Part shown: positions 9,007 through 17,055 of the stretch, piece by piece | How positions within the stretch are numbered: the first letter of the stretch is position 1 | Layout: each line of letters opens with the position of its first letter | Assembly (NCBI GenBank): GCA_963728665.1 | Contig: CAVSLG010000007.1 | Coordinates: 12,715 to 76,714 of the forward strand | From: an uncultured Actinomycetes bacterium | Lineage (GTDB): Bacteria; Actinomycetota; UBA4738; HRBIN12 | Direction of reading: 5' to 3' | DNA: 64,000 bases | Translations under genes and position numbers: made by a program | The notes under the pieces: generated by a model | Databases searched by the model: none | The model's input: the letters and a program-made list of their open reading frames with translations, nothing else | Told to the model about the DNA's origin: nothing

Positions 9007-9816
9007 ATGACTTCCCCCCGATCGATCCGTCATGCCCTGACGGCCTTCACGCTCGTGACGGCCGTGCTTGCCCTTGCCGCCCCGGCGAAGGGCCGCTCCG
9101 TGCTTGACGGGCAGCTGGCTGAGCGCGCGTCGATCATCGGCACGATCGAGCAGATCCGTGATCGACGAGCCGTGAGCGTCGCCGAGCTGCGCTCGACGAT
9201 CGGCCACGCCTCGAGGCGATTGCGGCACATGCCCGGCCGCGGCGCGATCGCGAACCCCGAGCGGTTCAGGCATCTCCGCAAGGAGCTCCTGCACCAGCGT
9301 CGCGACGCGGCGCACCGCATCGAACGATCCAGCCGGTTCGTCGAGCGCAGGGTCCGCGCGCTCCAGGTCCGCCGGCGAACGATCGACGCCTGGGTCGCGA
9401 CCTGGGGCGTCTTCGAGCACTGCCCGATCCGCGGCTGGCACTCGATCTCCGACAACTTCGGCATCACGGTGCGCCTGCCGGGAGTCCCCATCCACCGACA
9501 CATGGGCAACGACATCCTCGCCTCCTCGGGCACCCCGATCGCGGCACCGTTCGACGGGTACGCGTCGGCCTCGTCGAGCGAGCTCGGAGGGCTCGAGGTG
9601 CGGATCACGGGGTCGCGTGGGTACGTCTACAACGCACACCTGTCGTCCTACGGCACGCTCGGGGACGTGCGGGCAGGCACGGTGGTCGGATACGTGGGTG
9701 CGACCGGCGATGCCACCACCGCCCATGATCACCTCGAGTGGCACCCGAACGGCGGCGAGGCCGTCGACCCCTACCCGTACCTCGCCGTCAGCTGTGACGC
9801 TCCCCCCGCCCAGTAG
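9007..9816 (+). CDS. M23 family metallopeptidase (LytM domain) with signal peptide and coiled-coil N-half
   Basis: ORF 9007..9816. Signal MTSPRSIRHALTAFTLVTAVLALAAPAKG. Motifs HRHMGNDI (HxxxD) and HDHLEWH (HxH). Confidence 0.85.
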   Translation: MTSPRSIRHALTAFTLVTAVLALAAPAKGRSVLDGQLAERASIIGTIEQIRDRRAVSVAELRSTIGHASRRLRHMPGRGAIANPERFRHLRKELLHQRRDAAHRIERSSRFVERRVRALQVRRRTIDAWVATWGVFEHCPIRGWHSISDNFGITVRLPGVPIHRHMGNDILASSGTPIAAPFDGYASASSSELGGLEVRITGSRGYVYNAHLSSYGTLGDVRAGTVVGYVGATGDATTAHDHLEWHPNGGEAVDPYPYLAVSCDAPPAQ

Positions 9817-9827
9817 TCCGTCGCAGA

Positions 9828-10481
9828 CTAGCGACCGTTGACCGAGAAGTGCTGGTAGTCCTTCTCGCCCGTCCAGTCGCCGCCCCACTTCCACCCCGCC
9901 GCGTGGAACGCCCACCACACCCGATCGTGATGGAACACCATGCCGCGTCGGCGGTCCGAGCGATCGAGGTAGTCCTCTCCCGCGGGCGGCGAGACCCCGC
10001 CGCTCCACACGAACGGGTTCTGCACCGGGTTCAGATCGAGAGCCCGTCCGTACGCGTGCTGCGACCACCGGCAGCACACCCCTGCGCGCCACCGGCAGTT
10101 GAACGCCGACGTGTTGTTCGCCTTCATCGAGCGCATATCGTCGGCGCCGTAGTGATCGACGAGCCGCATCCCTCTGATCGGGAACCGCTCGTCGAAGAGC
10201 CGGTGGAACGCCCGCGCGACGTCGTCGGCGTACCAGCGGTGCACGACCATGCGACCGGTGTGTGCCGCTCGATCGAACCCCCAGTACGACATGCGGACGA
10301 TCCGCAGATCGGCGAAGCCCACGGGGCACCCCGGCCGCCACGACCGCCCGGTCATCAGGTCGCGCGTTCTCGGGCCGATCGGCGAGACGCGAGATTCGTA
10401 CTCGGGCGCGCCGGCGCGGGCGGGCGATCCCCACGCCGCGATCGCGGCGGCGATGAGCGCGAGCGCGACGAGTCGACGCAT
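9828..10481 (-). CDS. M15 family metallopeptidase (VanY/D-Ala-D-Ala carboxypeptidase-like), secreted
   Basis: ORF 9828..10568. Start at ATG 10481 (MRRLVALALIAAAIAAWGSPARA signal). Motifs SQHAYGRALDLNP and DYQHFS match the zinc ligands of M15 enzymes. Confidence 0.8.
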   Translation of the reverse strand: MRRLVALALIAAAIAAWGSPARAGAPEYESRVSPIGPRTRDLMTGRSWRPGCPVGFADLRIVRMSYWGFDRAAHTGRMVVHRWYADDVARAFHRLFDERFPIRGMRLVDHYGADDMRSMKANNTSAFNCRWRAGVCCRWSQHAYGRALDLNPVQNPFVWSGGVSPPAGEDYLDRSDRRRGMVFHHDRVWWAFHAAGWKWGGDWTGEKDYQHFSVNGR

Positions 10482-10483
10482 GG

Positions 10484-11239
10484 TCAGCTTCGCACCTTCC
10501 CGAGCAGTCGCAGGATCTCGAGGTAGAGCCAGATCAGTGTCGCGATCAGGCCGAACGCGCAGTACCACGACATGTAGGTCGGCGCACCGGCCTTCGCGCC
10601 CTCCTCGATGAAGTAGAAGTCGACGAACAGGTTCAGCGCGGCGACGATGCAGATGCCGACGCTCACCGCGATGCCGAGCGGCGTCGGGTCGTTGATGAAC
10701 CCGAGCTCCACCCCGAACAGGCCGAGAACGATCGCCACGACGTACATCAGCAGGATGCCCAGGGTCGCCATCATCACGACCGCGACGAACTTCTTCGTCA
10801 CCTTCACGATGCGCGAGCCGTACAGGAACAGGGCCCCCGCGAACACGGCGAACGTCGCGAACACCGCCTGCAGCACGATGCCGTCGAACTCTTGCTCGTA
10901 GCCGAACGAGATCACACCTGCCCAGAAGCCCATCACGACGGAGTAGAGCGGCCCGGTGAACGGCGCGATCTGGGGCTTGAAGGCGGTGACGATCGACAGC
11001 ACGATGAGACCCAGGAGCCCGATCATCATGATCGTGCCGACGGTGCCCGAGATCTGGTCGCCGAACGACCAGCCGTACGTAGCGCTCGTGATCGCGAGCA
11101 CCAGCAGGAATGTCGAGCGCCAGATCGTGCCGTGAAGGGTCATGACCTTCGGTGCGACGTCGGGTCTGCCCGGGATGGTGATCGGTTCCAGGTGGGGCAC
11201 GTTCTGGAACGTCTTCTCGTTCAGCATCTGTCGTGACAT
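10484..11239 (-). CDS. Bax inhibitor-1/YccA-like integral membrane protein
   Basis: ORF 10484..11347. Start at ATG 11239 (MSRQMLNEKTF), preceded by AGGAGA. About 7 hydrophobic helices. The stop lies 2 nt upstream of the M15 gene start. Confidence 0.8.
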   Translation of the reverse strand: MSRQMLNEKTFQNVPHLEPITIPGRPDVAPKVMTLHGTIWRSTFLLVLAITSATYGWSFGDQISGTVGTIMMIGLLGLIVLSIVTAFKPQIAPFTGPLYSVVMGFWAGVISFGYEQEFDGIVLQAVFATFAVFAGALFLYGSRIVKVTKKFVAVVMMATLGILLMYVVAIVLGLFGVELGFINDPTPLGIAVSVGICIVAALNLFVDFYFIEEGAKAGAPTYMSWYCAFGLIATLIWLYLEILRLLGKVRS

Positions 11240-11306
11240 GTGGTCTCCTGTTCGGGCGAACGTGGCACTGCTCGCGCGGTGGTATGTCGCACGCGACGCA
11301 AGGTTG

Positions 11307-11379
11307 TGGAGACGACCGGGATCGAACCGGCGACCTCCGGCTTGCAAAGCCGGCGCTCTACCAACTGAGCTACGTCCCC
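11307..11379 (-). tRNA. tRNA-Ala (anticodon UGC)
   Basis: Reverse complement reads GGGGACGTAGCTCAGTTGGTAGAGCGCCGGCTTTGCAAGCCGGAGGTCGCCGGTTCGATCCCGGTCGTCTCCA. It has the G3:U70 identity pair and the T-loop GGTTCGATCC. CCA is not encoded. Confidence 0.95.
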
Positions 11380-11407
11380 TCGTCGCGCACCGAGTCTAGC
11401 CTCCGGG

Positions 11408-13456
11408 TCAGCCCTCGACGTGCCGATCGATGAGCGGGAACGTGGCCAGGCGACGCTCACCCTCGCCGTCGTAGGCGACGACCTCCACCCGGAGCGCGGT
11501 CAACGGCGCAACGTCGATCTGGACGCCGCGCATCCAGGCCTCGATCTCGGCCAACGGAGCCCCCTGGGCATCGATCGGGTAGGCGAGCGAGAGATGCGGG
11601 ATCCAATCGTCGACGGCGATGAAGTCGCTGTACCCCGGCACCAGCTCCGCGTCGACGGCCGCCGCTCGAAGCGTGGTCAACGCCTCCACGAACGACGCTG
11701 TTCGTTCCAGGCGGACGACGGGGATGCCGTCCTCCCCGAGGATCTGGAGCGCCGCGGCGCGCAGCTCGATCGCAGGTCGGGAGGCTGCCCATGCGCCCAC
11801 GACCTCGACGATCCGTTCCTCGTCGGATCTCGTGAGGGGTGTCCCCTCCGACCCGCTGGCCTTCAGCGTCGCGTGGGCGCTCGGGGCGACGCACGGCACA
11901 CCGAGGCGATCGAGCACCTCGCCTTGCCACCGCACGAACGCCTCGGCGAGGTCGCCCACAGGTCGCACGACCACGTACGCGGTGCCTGCGACCTGGCGCA
12001 GCTTCCGCTCGTCGACCACGATCGGGTCGTCGGAAGGCTTGAGGCGGTCCTCGACATCGAGCCATTGCACGCGACCATCGTGGTCCAATCCGACCTCGAC
12101 GCGGGCACCGCCTCCGGCAGTGGTGAACGAGCCACGCAGCGGCGTCTCGGCGTCGAGAGACTCGACCTGGAGCGGGCCCGACCGTGCGACGAGGAGCTCG
12201 GCCTCTCGTGCACGGCGATCGTACGGCTCGTCCGGTCCGACGTTGTCGGCGAAGAGCGCATCGGCATCGGCGTCACGCCACGACGACAGCAGCGCCGCGG
12301 CCCGTGCGGCAGCATCGGACAGGGCCGGCGATGGGCCGACCGGATACGCCGATCCGAGCTCATCGCGGTCGGCGAGCACCTCCAGCGCCTCGATGCATGC
12401 GCCGTGCATGTTCCCGTAGGTGACGTTCGAGAGTCCGATCACCCCGACCCCGCGATCGGGCAACCAGCGCATGTGCGAGCCGTAGCCCGGCAGCCCGCCG
12501 CTGTGGCCGACCGACACGCCGAGCCGCTCGTCGATACGGATGCCCAGCCCGATGCCGTAGCCGCTCGCGCTCACCCGTGACGGTCCGCCTGGGGCAGGAC
12601 GGTGTCGGTTCACCGCGTCGACACGCCGGAGCTGTTGCATCTCTCGGCGCGCCCACCGAGACAGCGGGCCGCCATCTGCGTCGTCGCGCGGGGGCCAGGC
12701 GTCGGTGAAGAACCCGACCCAGCGAGCGAGGTCGCGCACGGTCGTCCAGATGCCCCCCATCGGAGCGATCGTGCCGTCGCCGACCGGCTCGCCCTCGTGC
12801 AGCCACGCGCCGTCCTGCACGCGGTACGGCTCGGCGACAACGCCGGCCTCGGGTCGGACCCAGGTCGTCGAGACCATACCGAGTGGCTCGAGCAGCGCCT
12901 CGGTCACCAGTTCCTGCACGCGCCCGCCCGCGATCCGTTCGATCACCAGGCCGACCAAGCCCCAGCCGAGGTTCGAGTACTCGAACCGGGTACCGGGCGC
13001 CCATGCGGACTCGATGCCGGACTCGATCAGCGCATCCATCGCCTCGGGCGCCAGGTCGAGGTGGCGATCGGCCCACGCGTCATCGGTGGGCAGGCCGGCT
13101 TCCATCGAGACCAGGTGGCGCACGGTGAGCGGCGGACCGTCGGTCGTTGGCCCTCGCCAGCCCTCGAGCTCGGGCACGTGCATCGCGACTGGATCGTCGA
13201 GCCGCAGGCGGCCGTCGGCCACCAGCGTCATCAGAGCCGCACCCGTGAAGCTCTTGGTCATCGAGGCGATGCGGAACACACTGTCGGCGTCGGGGGTCCC
13301 GGGCCCATCGAGTCGCAGCGCGCCGAGACCGCCGGAAACCATGAGCTCCCCGTCGCGCACGAGGCCCCAGGCGACGCCCGGGATGCGCTCACGACGAGCC
13401 CATCGCGCGAACACCGCGGCGAGCGTTTCCTCGGTCGATGGCGTCGGGTCCGTCAC
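11408..13456 (-). CDS. Serine hydrolase (beta-lactamase/PBP4-like fold) fused to a C-terminal 2H-phosphoesterase-like domain
   Basis: ORF 11408..13456 (GTG start). SxxK motif in IASMTKSF. The C-terminal 200 aa carry two H-x-[ST]-x motifs (SAHATLKA and IPHLSLAY) about 95 residues apart. Confidence 0.8.
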   Translation of the reverse strand: MTDPTPSTEETLAAVFARWARRERIPGVAWGLVRDGELMVSGGLGALRLDGPGTPDADSVFRIASMTKSFTGAALMTLVADGRLRLDDPVAMHVPELEGWRGPTTDGPPLTVRHLVSMEAGLPTDDAWADRHLDLAPEAMDALIESGIESAWAPGTRFEYSNLGWGLVGLVIERIAGGRVQELVTEALLEPLGMVSTTWVRPEAGVVAEPYRVQDGAWLHEGEPVGDGTIAPMGGIWTTVRDLARWVGFFTDAWPPRDDADGGPLSRWARREMQQLRRVDAVNRHRPAPGGPSRVSASGYGIGLGIRIDERLGVSVGHSGGLPGYGSHMRWLPDRGVGVIGLSNVTYGNMHGACIEALEVLADRDELGSAYPVGPSPALSDAAARAAALLSSWRDADADALFADNVGPDEPYDRRAREAELLVARSGPLQVESLDAETPLRGSFTTAGGGARVEVGLDHDGRVQWLDVEDRLKPSDDPIVVDERKLRQVAGTAYVVVRPVGDLAEAFVRWQGEVLDRLGVPCVAPSAHATLKASGSEGTPLTRSDEERIVEVVGAWAASRPAIELRAAALQILGEDGIPVVRLERTASFVEALTTLRAAAVDAELVPGYSDFIAVDDWIPHLSLAYPIDAQGAPLAEIEAWMRGVQIDVAPLTALRVEVVAYDGEGERRLATFPLIDRHVEG

Positions 13457-13482
13457 AGCTGCGTAGCCTACGGGCCCACGCG

Positions 13483-14145
13483 ATGACGGACCGCTGCCAC
13501 GATGGCGGCGTGGAATTCGACGGGCACATCATGGGGGCGTCGTTCGCCTCGGGCGATCGCCTCGTCGTGGGTCGGTGGTTCCGCTCCCCGTTCGGGCCCT
13601 TCGCCGACGTGATGTGGTGCCGGCCCGACGGTCGCCGGGTACTACTCGCACCCGACGAGCACGTGCGCGACTTCGTGGGCGGGCACTATGCGTTCGACGA
13701 GCTACGGCTCGAGCCGGTGCGGGTCGAGCGGGTCGACGGTGCGATCGAGGCCGCAGCCGGACCGATCCGCCTGGTGCTGCGACCACGCGCTCGCGGCACG
13801 GCCTCGCGCCTGCTGGCGATGCGTCCTCGTCGCATCCGCACGGCGAAGGCATGGATCGTCGCCGAAGACCGCCTGCTCCGACCGGTCGTGCGTCCGATGT
13901 TCGCCGCGGCCGACGTGCGCACGACCGGCGTGACGCTCGCAGGCGTGCGCGAGTGGTACGCGATCCACGACTATCGCGACGCCGATGCGAGCGCCTCGGT
14001 CGACGGCGAGGATCTCGGCATCACCGCCCCCTGTCCCCCCGCGGGTTTCGGGTTCAGCGAGTTCCCGTCGAGACCCGCACTCGTCCGCGTGACGTCGTTG
14101 TTCGATCTGGACGGAGCATCAGCCCGCCCCGTGCTACGAACCTGA
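13483..14145 (+). CDS. Hypothetical protein
   Basis: ORF 13438..14145. Start placed at ATG 13483 to avoid overlapping the divergent gene. No recognisable motifs. Confidence 0.5.
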   Translation: MTDRCHDGGVEFDGHIMGASFASGDRLVVGRWFRSPFGPFADVMWCRPDGRRVLLAPDEHVRDFVGGHYAFDELRLEPVRVERVDGAIEAAAGPIRLVLRPRARGTASRLLAMRPRRIRTAKAWIVAEDRLLRPVVRPMFAAADVRTTGVTLAGVREWYAIHDYRDADASASVDGEDLGITAPCPPAGFGFSEFPSRPALVRVTSLFDLDGASARPVLRT

Positions 14146-14781
14146 CTCGCTCGGCGACGGGCTGTTCGTCGGGGTCGGCGACATGCCGGGCCGCCACTGT
14201 TCCACGGCGCCGTCGTCCGGGGCGCGGTCGAGGCAGGTGCGTCGGCACACCTCGCCGGTGAAGCTCGTCATCGTCCACCAGGCGTACGACGTGCGGAACC
14301 GCCCGAACTCGAGCGACTTGATCGGCACCGCGACCGACACCCCGTCGGATGACTTCCGCCGGACCGTCACGTTGCGCAGGAACTGGTCGCGCCGGTCCCG
14401 GCGATCGCGCCAGAGCGATCCCTGCAGGTCCGAGCCCGTGCTGCGCACGACCACGAAGTACTCGGGGTCCTCATCGCCCTCGGTGTCGAGGAAGACGTAG
14501 CCGTTGCCTCGATCCCAGATCGACGCGGGCGTCCAGTCGGCGAACGTGAGCACCGTGACCTCGGTGCCGCCGTCGTGAGCGAGCCGCACTCGCCGCACGT
14601 CGAGAAGACCCTTCGTGTCGTTCGGATCGTTGAAGTCGCTGTGGAACGACGGGGCAGCGATCGCGACGACCGCCACCAACGCGAGCAGGCCGGCCACGAC
14701 GAACGGTACGGCAGGGCGCAACGACGACGCGGCCCACCGGTTCCGGGTCGAGGTCACGTGGGCGCGCCCCGGCCCAGCCAT
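14134..14781 (-). CDS. Membrane-anchored hypothetical protein, last gene of the mau-like operon
   Basis: Distal part of ORF 14134..15279. ATG 14781 (alternative GTG 14757 overlapping the upstream stop as GTGA). One N-terminal TM helix (AVPFVVAGLLALVAVVAIAAP), a beta-rich domain, then an S/P-rich tail. Confidence 0.55.
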   Translation of the reverse strand: MAGPGRAHVTSTRNRWAASSLRPAVPFVVAGLLALVAVVAIAAPSFHSDFNDPNDTKGLLDVRRVRLAHDGGTEVTVLTFADWTPASIWDRGNGYVFLDTEGDEDPEYFVVVRSTGSDLQGSLWRDRRDRRDQFLRNVTVRRKSSDGVSVAVPIKSLEFGRFRTSYAWWTMTSFTGEVCRRTCLDRAPDDGAVEQWRPGMSPTPTNSPSPSESGS

Positions 14782-15878
14782 CTGATCGCCGTCCACGCGG
14801 TGAAGCCTGCCACGCCGAGCCCTGCGATGGCCAACACCATCGGCAGGAACTCTCCGGCATCGGGCCATCCGGGCCACGACAGCACGGGCTCGGGGGCCGG
14901 CCGCAGCACGACCGCGATCGCGAGGGCAGCCAATGCGGCGTTGCGCAGCAGCAGGGCGGGAGGCGCCACCGCCTCGCGACCGCCGAAACACCCGCACGGC
15001 ACCTGAGGACCGAACCGGCGCCACGCGCGCACGGCTTCCCCGGTGAACACGACCAACAGCACGAGCGCCCAGATGCCGGCGGCCCGGGTCCAACCTGACG
15101 CCGCCAGCAGCGGCACCACCGCCTCCGCCGTCGGCACGGCGAACGTTGCGACACTCTCGACCCCAGGCGGCAGCCCATGGGCACTCAGCGTGCCCCGCCA
15201 TCCGCCGATGTCGACCGCCTTCGACGTCGCGGCCCACGCGAACGCGAGCGCGAGCACCGCGGTCGCGAACGCGGCCCATCCGTCGGTGGCTCGGATCGCA
15301 GTCGCAACTGAGAGCGCGGCCACGGCCACGAGCGCAGCACCGTTCGCGACATGCCGCCGGCGTTCCGGCGAGCCGGCCAACCGGTCGACGAGCCCCTGGG
15401 ACTCTTCCTGGGTGCGGATGCCGGCTGCCCTCGCCGCCGAGAGGCCTCGCAGCAGCCCGAACGGCGCGACGATGAGCGCACCCACCAACGGATCACCCGA
15501 GGCGAGCGCAGCAACGGCCACCACCACGAGGGTGCCGTGGGACAGGTAGGTGAAGAACCCGATGCCGAGTCCGGCGCCGTACAGGGTGGCGGCGATCGGC
15601 CACGAGAAGTACTCACGCCACCAGTCGGGCACCTGCCGTCTGAGCTGCGGCACGGTGGCCGTCACCCTCGGGAGCTCGCCCGCCGCGTAGATGAGCGCCG
15701 CCAACGCGAGCGCCACCGCCCCGGCGCGTCCCCACGGTGCCTCGAGCAGCGCGCCGACCGCGGCGAGCGCGGCGCCGAAGAGCGCGGCGGTCACCGTCGC
15801 GCCGGCGACGTGCAGCGCGAGAGCGACGGCCCACCGGGTGCGCCCCCCGTACACGACGGGGGTGATGGTCTCCACCAT
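14754..15878 (-). CDS. Polytopic membrane protein with C-terminal MauE/DoxX-like domain
   Basis: ORF 14754..15878. The C-terminal half has MauE-like helices and the PCGCFGG motif. The N-terminal 190 aa form about 4-5 additional TM helices of unknown family. Confidence 0.75.
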   Translation of the reverse strand: MVETITPVVYGGRTRWAVALALHVAGATVTAALFGAALAAVGALLEAPWGRAGAVALALAALIYAAGELPRVTATVPQLRRQVPDWWREYFSWPIAATLYGAGLGIGFFTYLSHGTLVVVAVAALASGDPLVGALIVAPFGLLRGLSAARAAGIRTQEESQGLVDRLAGSPERRRHVANGAALVAVAALSVATAIRATDGWAAFATAVLALAFAWAATSKAVDIGGWRGTLSAHGLPPGVESVATFAVPTAEAVVPLLAASGWTRAAGIWALVLLVVFTGEAVRAWRRFGPQVPCGCFGGREAVAPPALLLRNAALAALAIAVVLRPAPEPVLSWPGWPDAGEFLPMVLAIAGLGVAGFTAWTAIRWLGRGAPT

Positions 15879-15887
15879 CGACAGCCC

Positions 15888-15992
15888 TCAGGGGCCGTAC
15901 AGCGCCGACCACCCGGCGATCGCCGACGCGGCGACGAGCACCAGCAGCAACGACGCCTCGAGCGCGTCGCCGCCGAACGGATCGATCAGCAC
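15888..15992 (-). CDS. 34-codon hydrophobic micro-ORF between the MauA-like and MauE-like genes
   Basis: Manual translation gives (GTG)LIDPFGGDALEASLLLVLVAASAIAGWSALYGP. 33 of 34 third positions are G/C. The GTG overlaps the upstream stop (GTGCTGA). The stop lies 9 nt before the MauE-like ATG. Confidence 0.3.
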   Translation of the reverse strand: MLIDPFGGDALEASLLLVLVAASAIAGWSALYGP

Positions 15993-16522
15993 GTCTTGTT
16001 GAGCTCCCGATACGTGATGCAGAAGACCTTCAGCGGGCGCGGGCAGTACCCACGCACCGCGTAGTCGCCGTTGATGCGGATATCCGACCTGGAGCAGCAG
16101 TCCTGGATGTGCCGCAGCCGGCCCGAGCAGCACCGCGTCCACCCGCCGCCGTAGCGGGGCGATCCGGTGAACGGGTACGCCTCGGGCACGACCTGTTCGC
16201 AGGTCTTTCGCCTGGTCTGGTTCCGCGGGTCGAGGTACTTCTCTCCCTCATCGTCGACCGGGTGCCCGTACTGCGGATGCATCGGGTAGCCGTAGCGGTC
16301 GGTACGCGACAGGGGCGCGTAGGGGTGGGGGCACGAACCCGTCGTGTAGGTGTGTCCGCAGATGTGATAGGCCTGTGCGCGATCGGGCGCGATCGCGGTG
16401 GCGACCAAGCCACCGCCCGCGAGCGCCACCACCCCGCGGCCGACGCGGCCGAGGAAGCTCCGGCGGGTGGTCTTCGTGGCGAGCGATCGTTCCGCCCGCT
16501 CGATCGAGGTCAGCTTGCCCAC
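15986..16522 (-). CDS. Tat-exported cysteine-rich protein, methylamine dehydrogenase light chain (MauA)-like
   Basis: Distal part of ORF 15986..17011. GTG 16522 is preceded by GGAGGA 9 nt upstream. Twin-arginine signal TKTTRRSFLGRVGRGVVALAGGGLVATAIAPDRAQA. The mature part of about 135 aa has 10 Cys, including GGGWTRCC and IQDCCS. Confidence 0.6.
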   Translation of the reverse strand: MGKLTSIERAERSLATKTTRRSFLGRVGRGVVALAGGGLVATAIAPDRAQAYHICGHTYTTGSCPHPYAPLSRTDRYGYPMHPQYGHPVDDEGEKYLDPRNQTRRKTCEQVVPEAYPFTGSPRYGGGWTRCCSGRLRHIQDCCSRSDIRINGDYAVRGYCPRPLKVFCITYRELNKTC

Positions 16523-17019
16523 TGCTCGCGATCCTCCGTGATCCGTCGGTTTGCGGTGTCCACGAGTCCTTCGACCTGCTCCAGGTTGTTCACGGTGCCC
16601 TTGGCTCGCACGACGCCCTGTTCGTCGAGGACGACGACGAACGGGGTTCCGGGTACCTCGAGGGTCCGCTCCGCATCGGGATCGTGCACGACGATCGGAT
16701 CCAGCCTCCCCGCGGCGGCCGCGGCCGGTACGCCCGGTGACACCTCGCGGCAGACGACGCAGGTCTCCGACGCGAACAGCACGAGGCGGGGTCGGCCGGC
16801 GCCACCGAGAACAACCTGCTCGCCGTCGGCGGCGTGCGCGGACACCGAGGGCAGCGGCTCGCCGAGCGCGGGGCCCTCGTCGTCGATCTCCAGAGCACCG
16901 CGCGGTCCCAGTCGCAGATGCAGGGTGCCGACCTGCCGGGCGAGCGCGACCACCACGATGCAGAGCACGACGACGAGCAGCCACAGCACGACGAAGGCGA
17001 GCGCCCACCACCCAGTCAT
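16510..17019 (-). CDS. Membrane-anchored thioredoxin-fold protein, MauD-like
   Basis: ORF 16510..17019. N-terminal TM helix then ALARQVGTLHLRLGPRGAL, a CVVC redox motif and VVLDEQGVVRAKGTVNN. This resembles the methylamine dehydrogenase accessory protein MauD as I recall it. Confidence 0.7.
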   Translation of the reverse strand: MTGWWALAFVVLWLLVVVLCIVVVALARQVGTLHLRLGPRGALEIDDEGPALGEPLPSVSAHAADGEQVVLGGAGRPRLVLFASETCVVCREVSPGVPAAAAAGRLDPIVVHDPDAERTLEVPGTPFVVVLDEQGVVRAKGTVNNLEQVEGLVDTANRRITEDREQWAS

Positions 17020-17055
17020 CCGGCCATCACCGTCCGTCCGGCGCTCCGCGCACCC

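Noticed and set aside
16523-17011. N-terminal extension of ORF 15986..17011 (341 aa)
   Set aside because: The extension is arginine-rich and overlaps the MauD-like gene out of frame. A GTG with a good Shine-Dalgarno sequence precedes the Tat signal at 16522.
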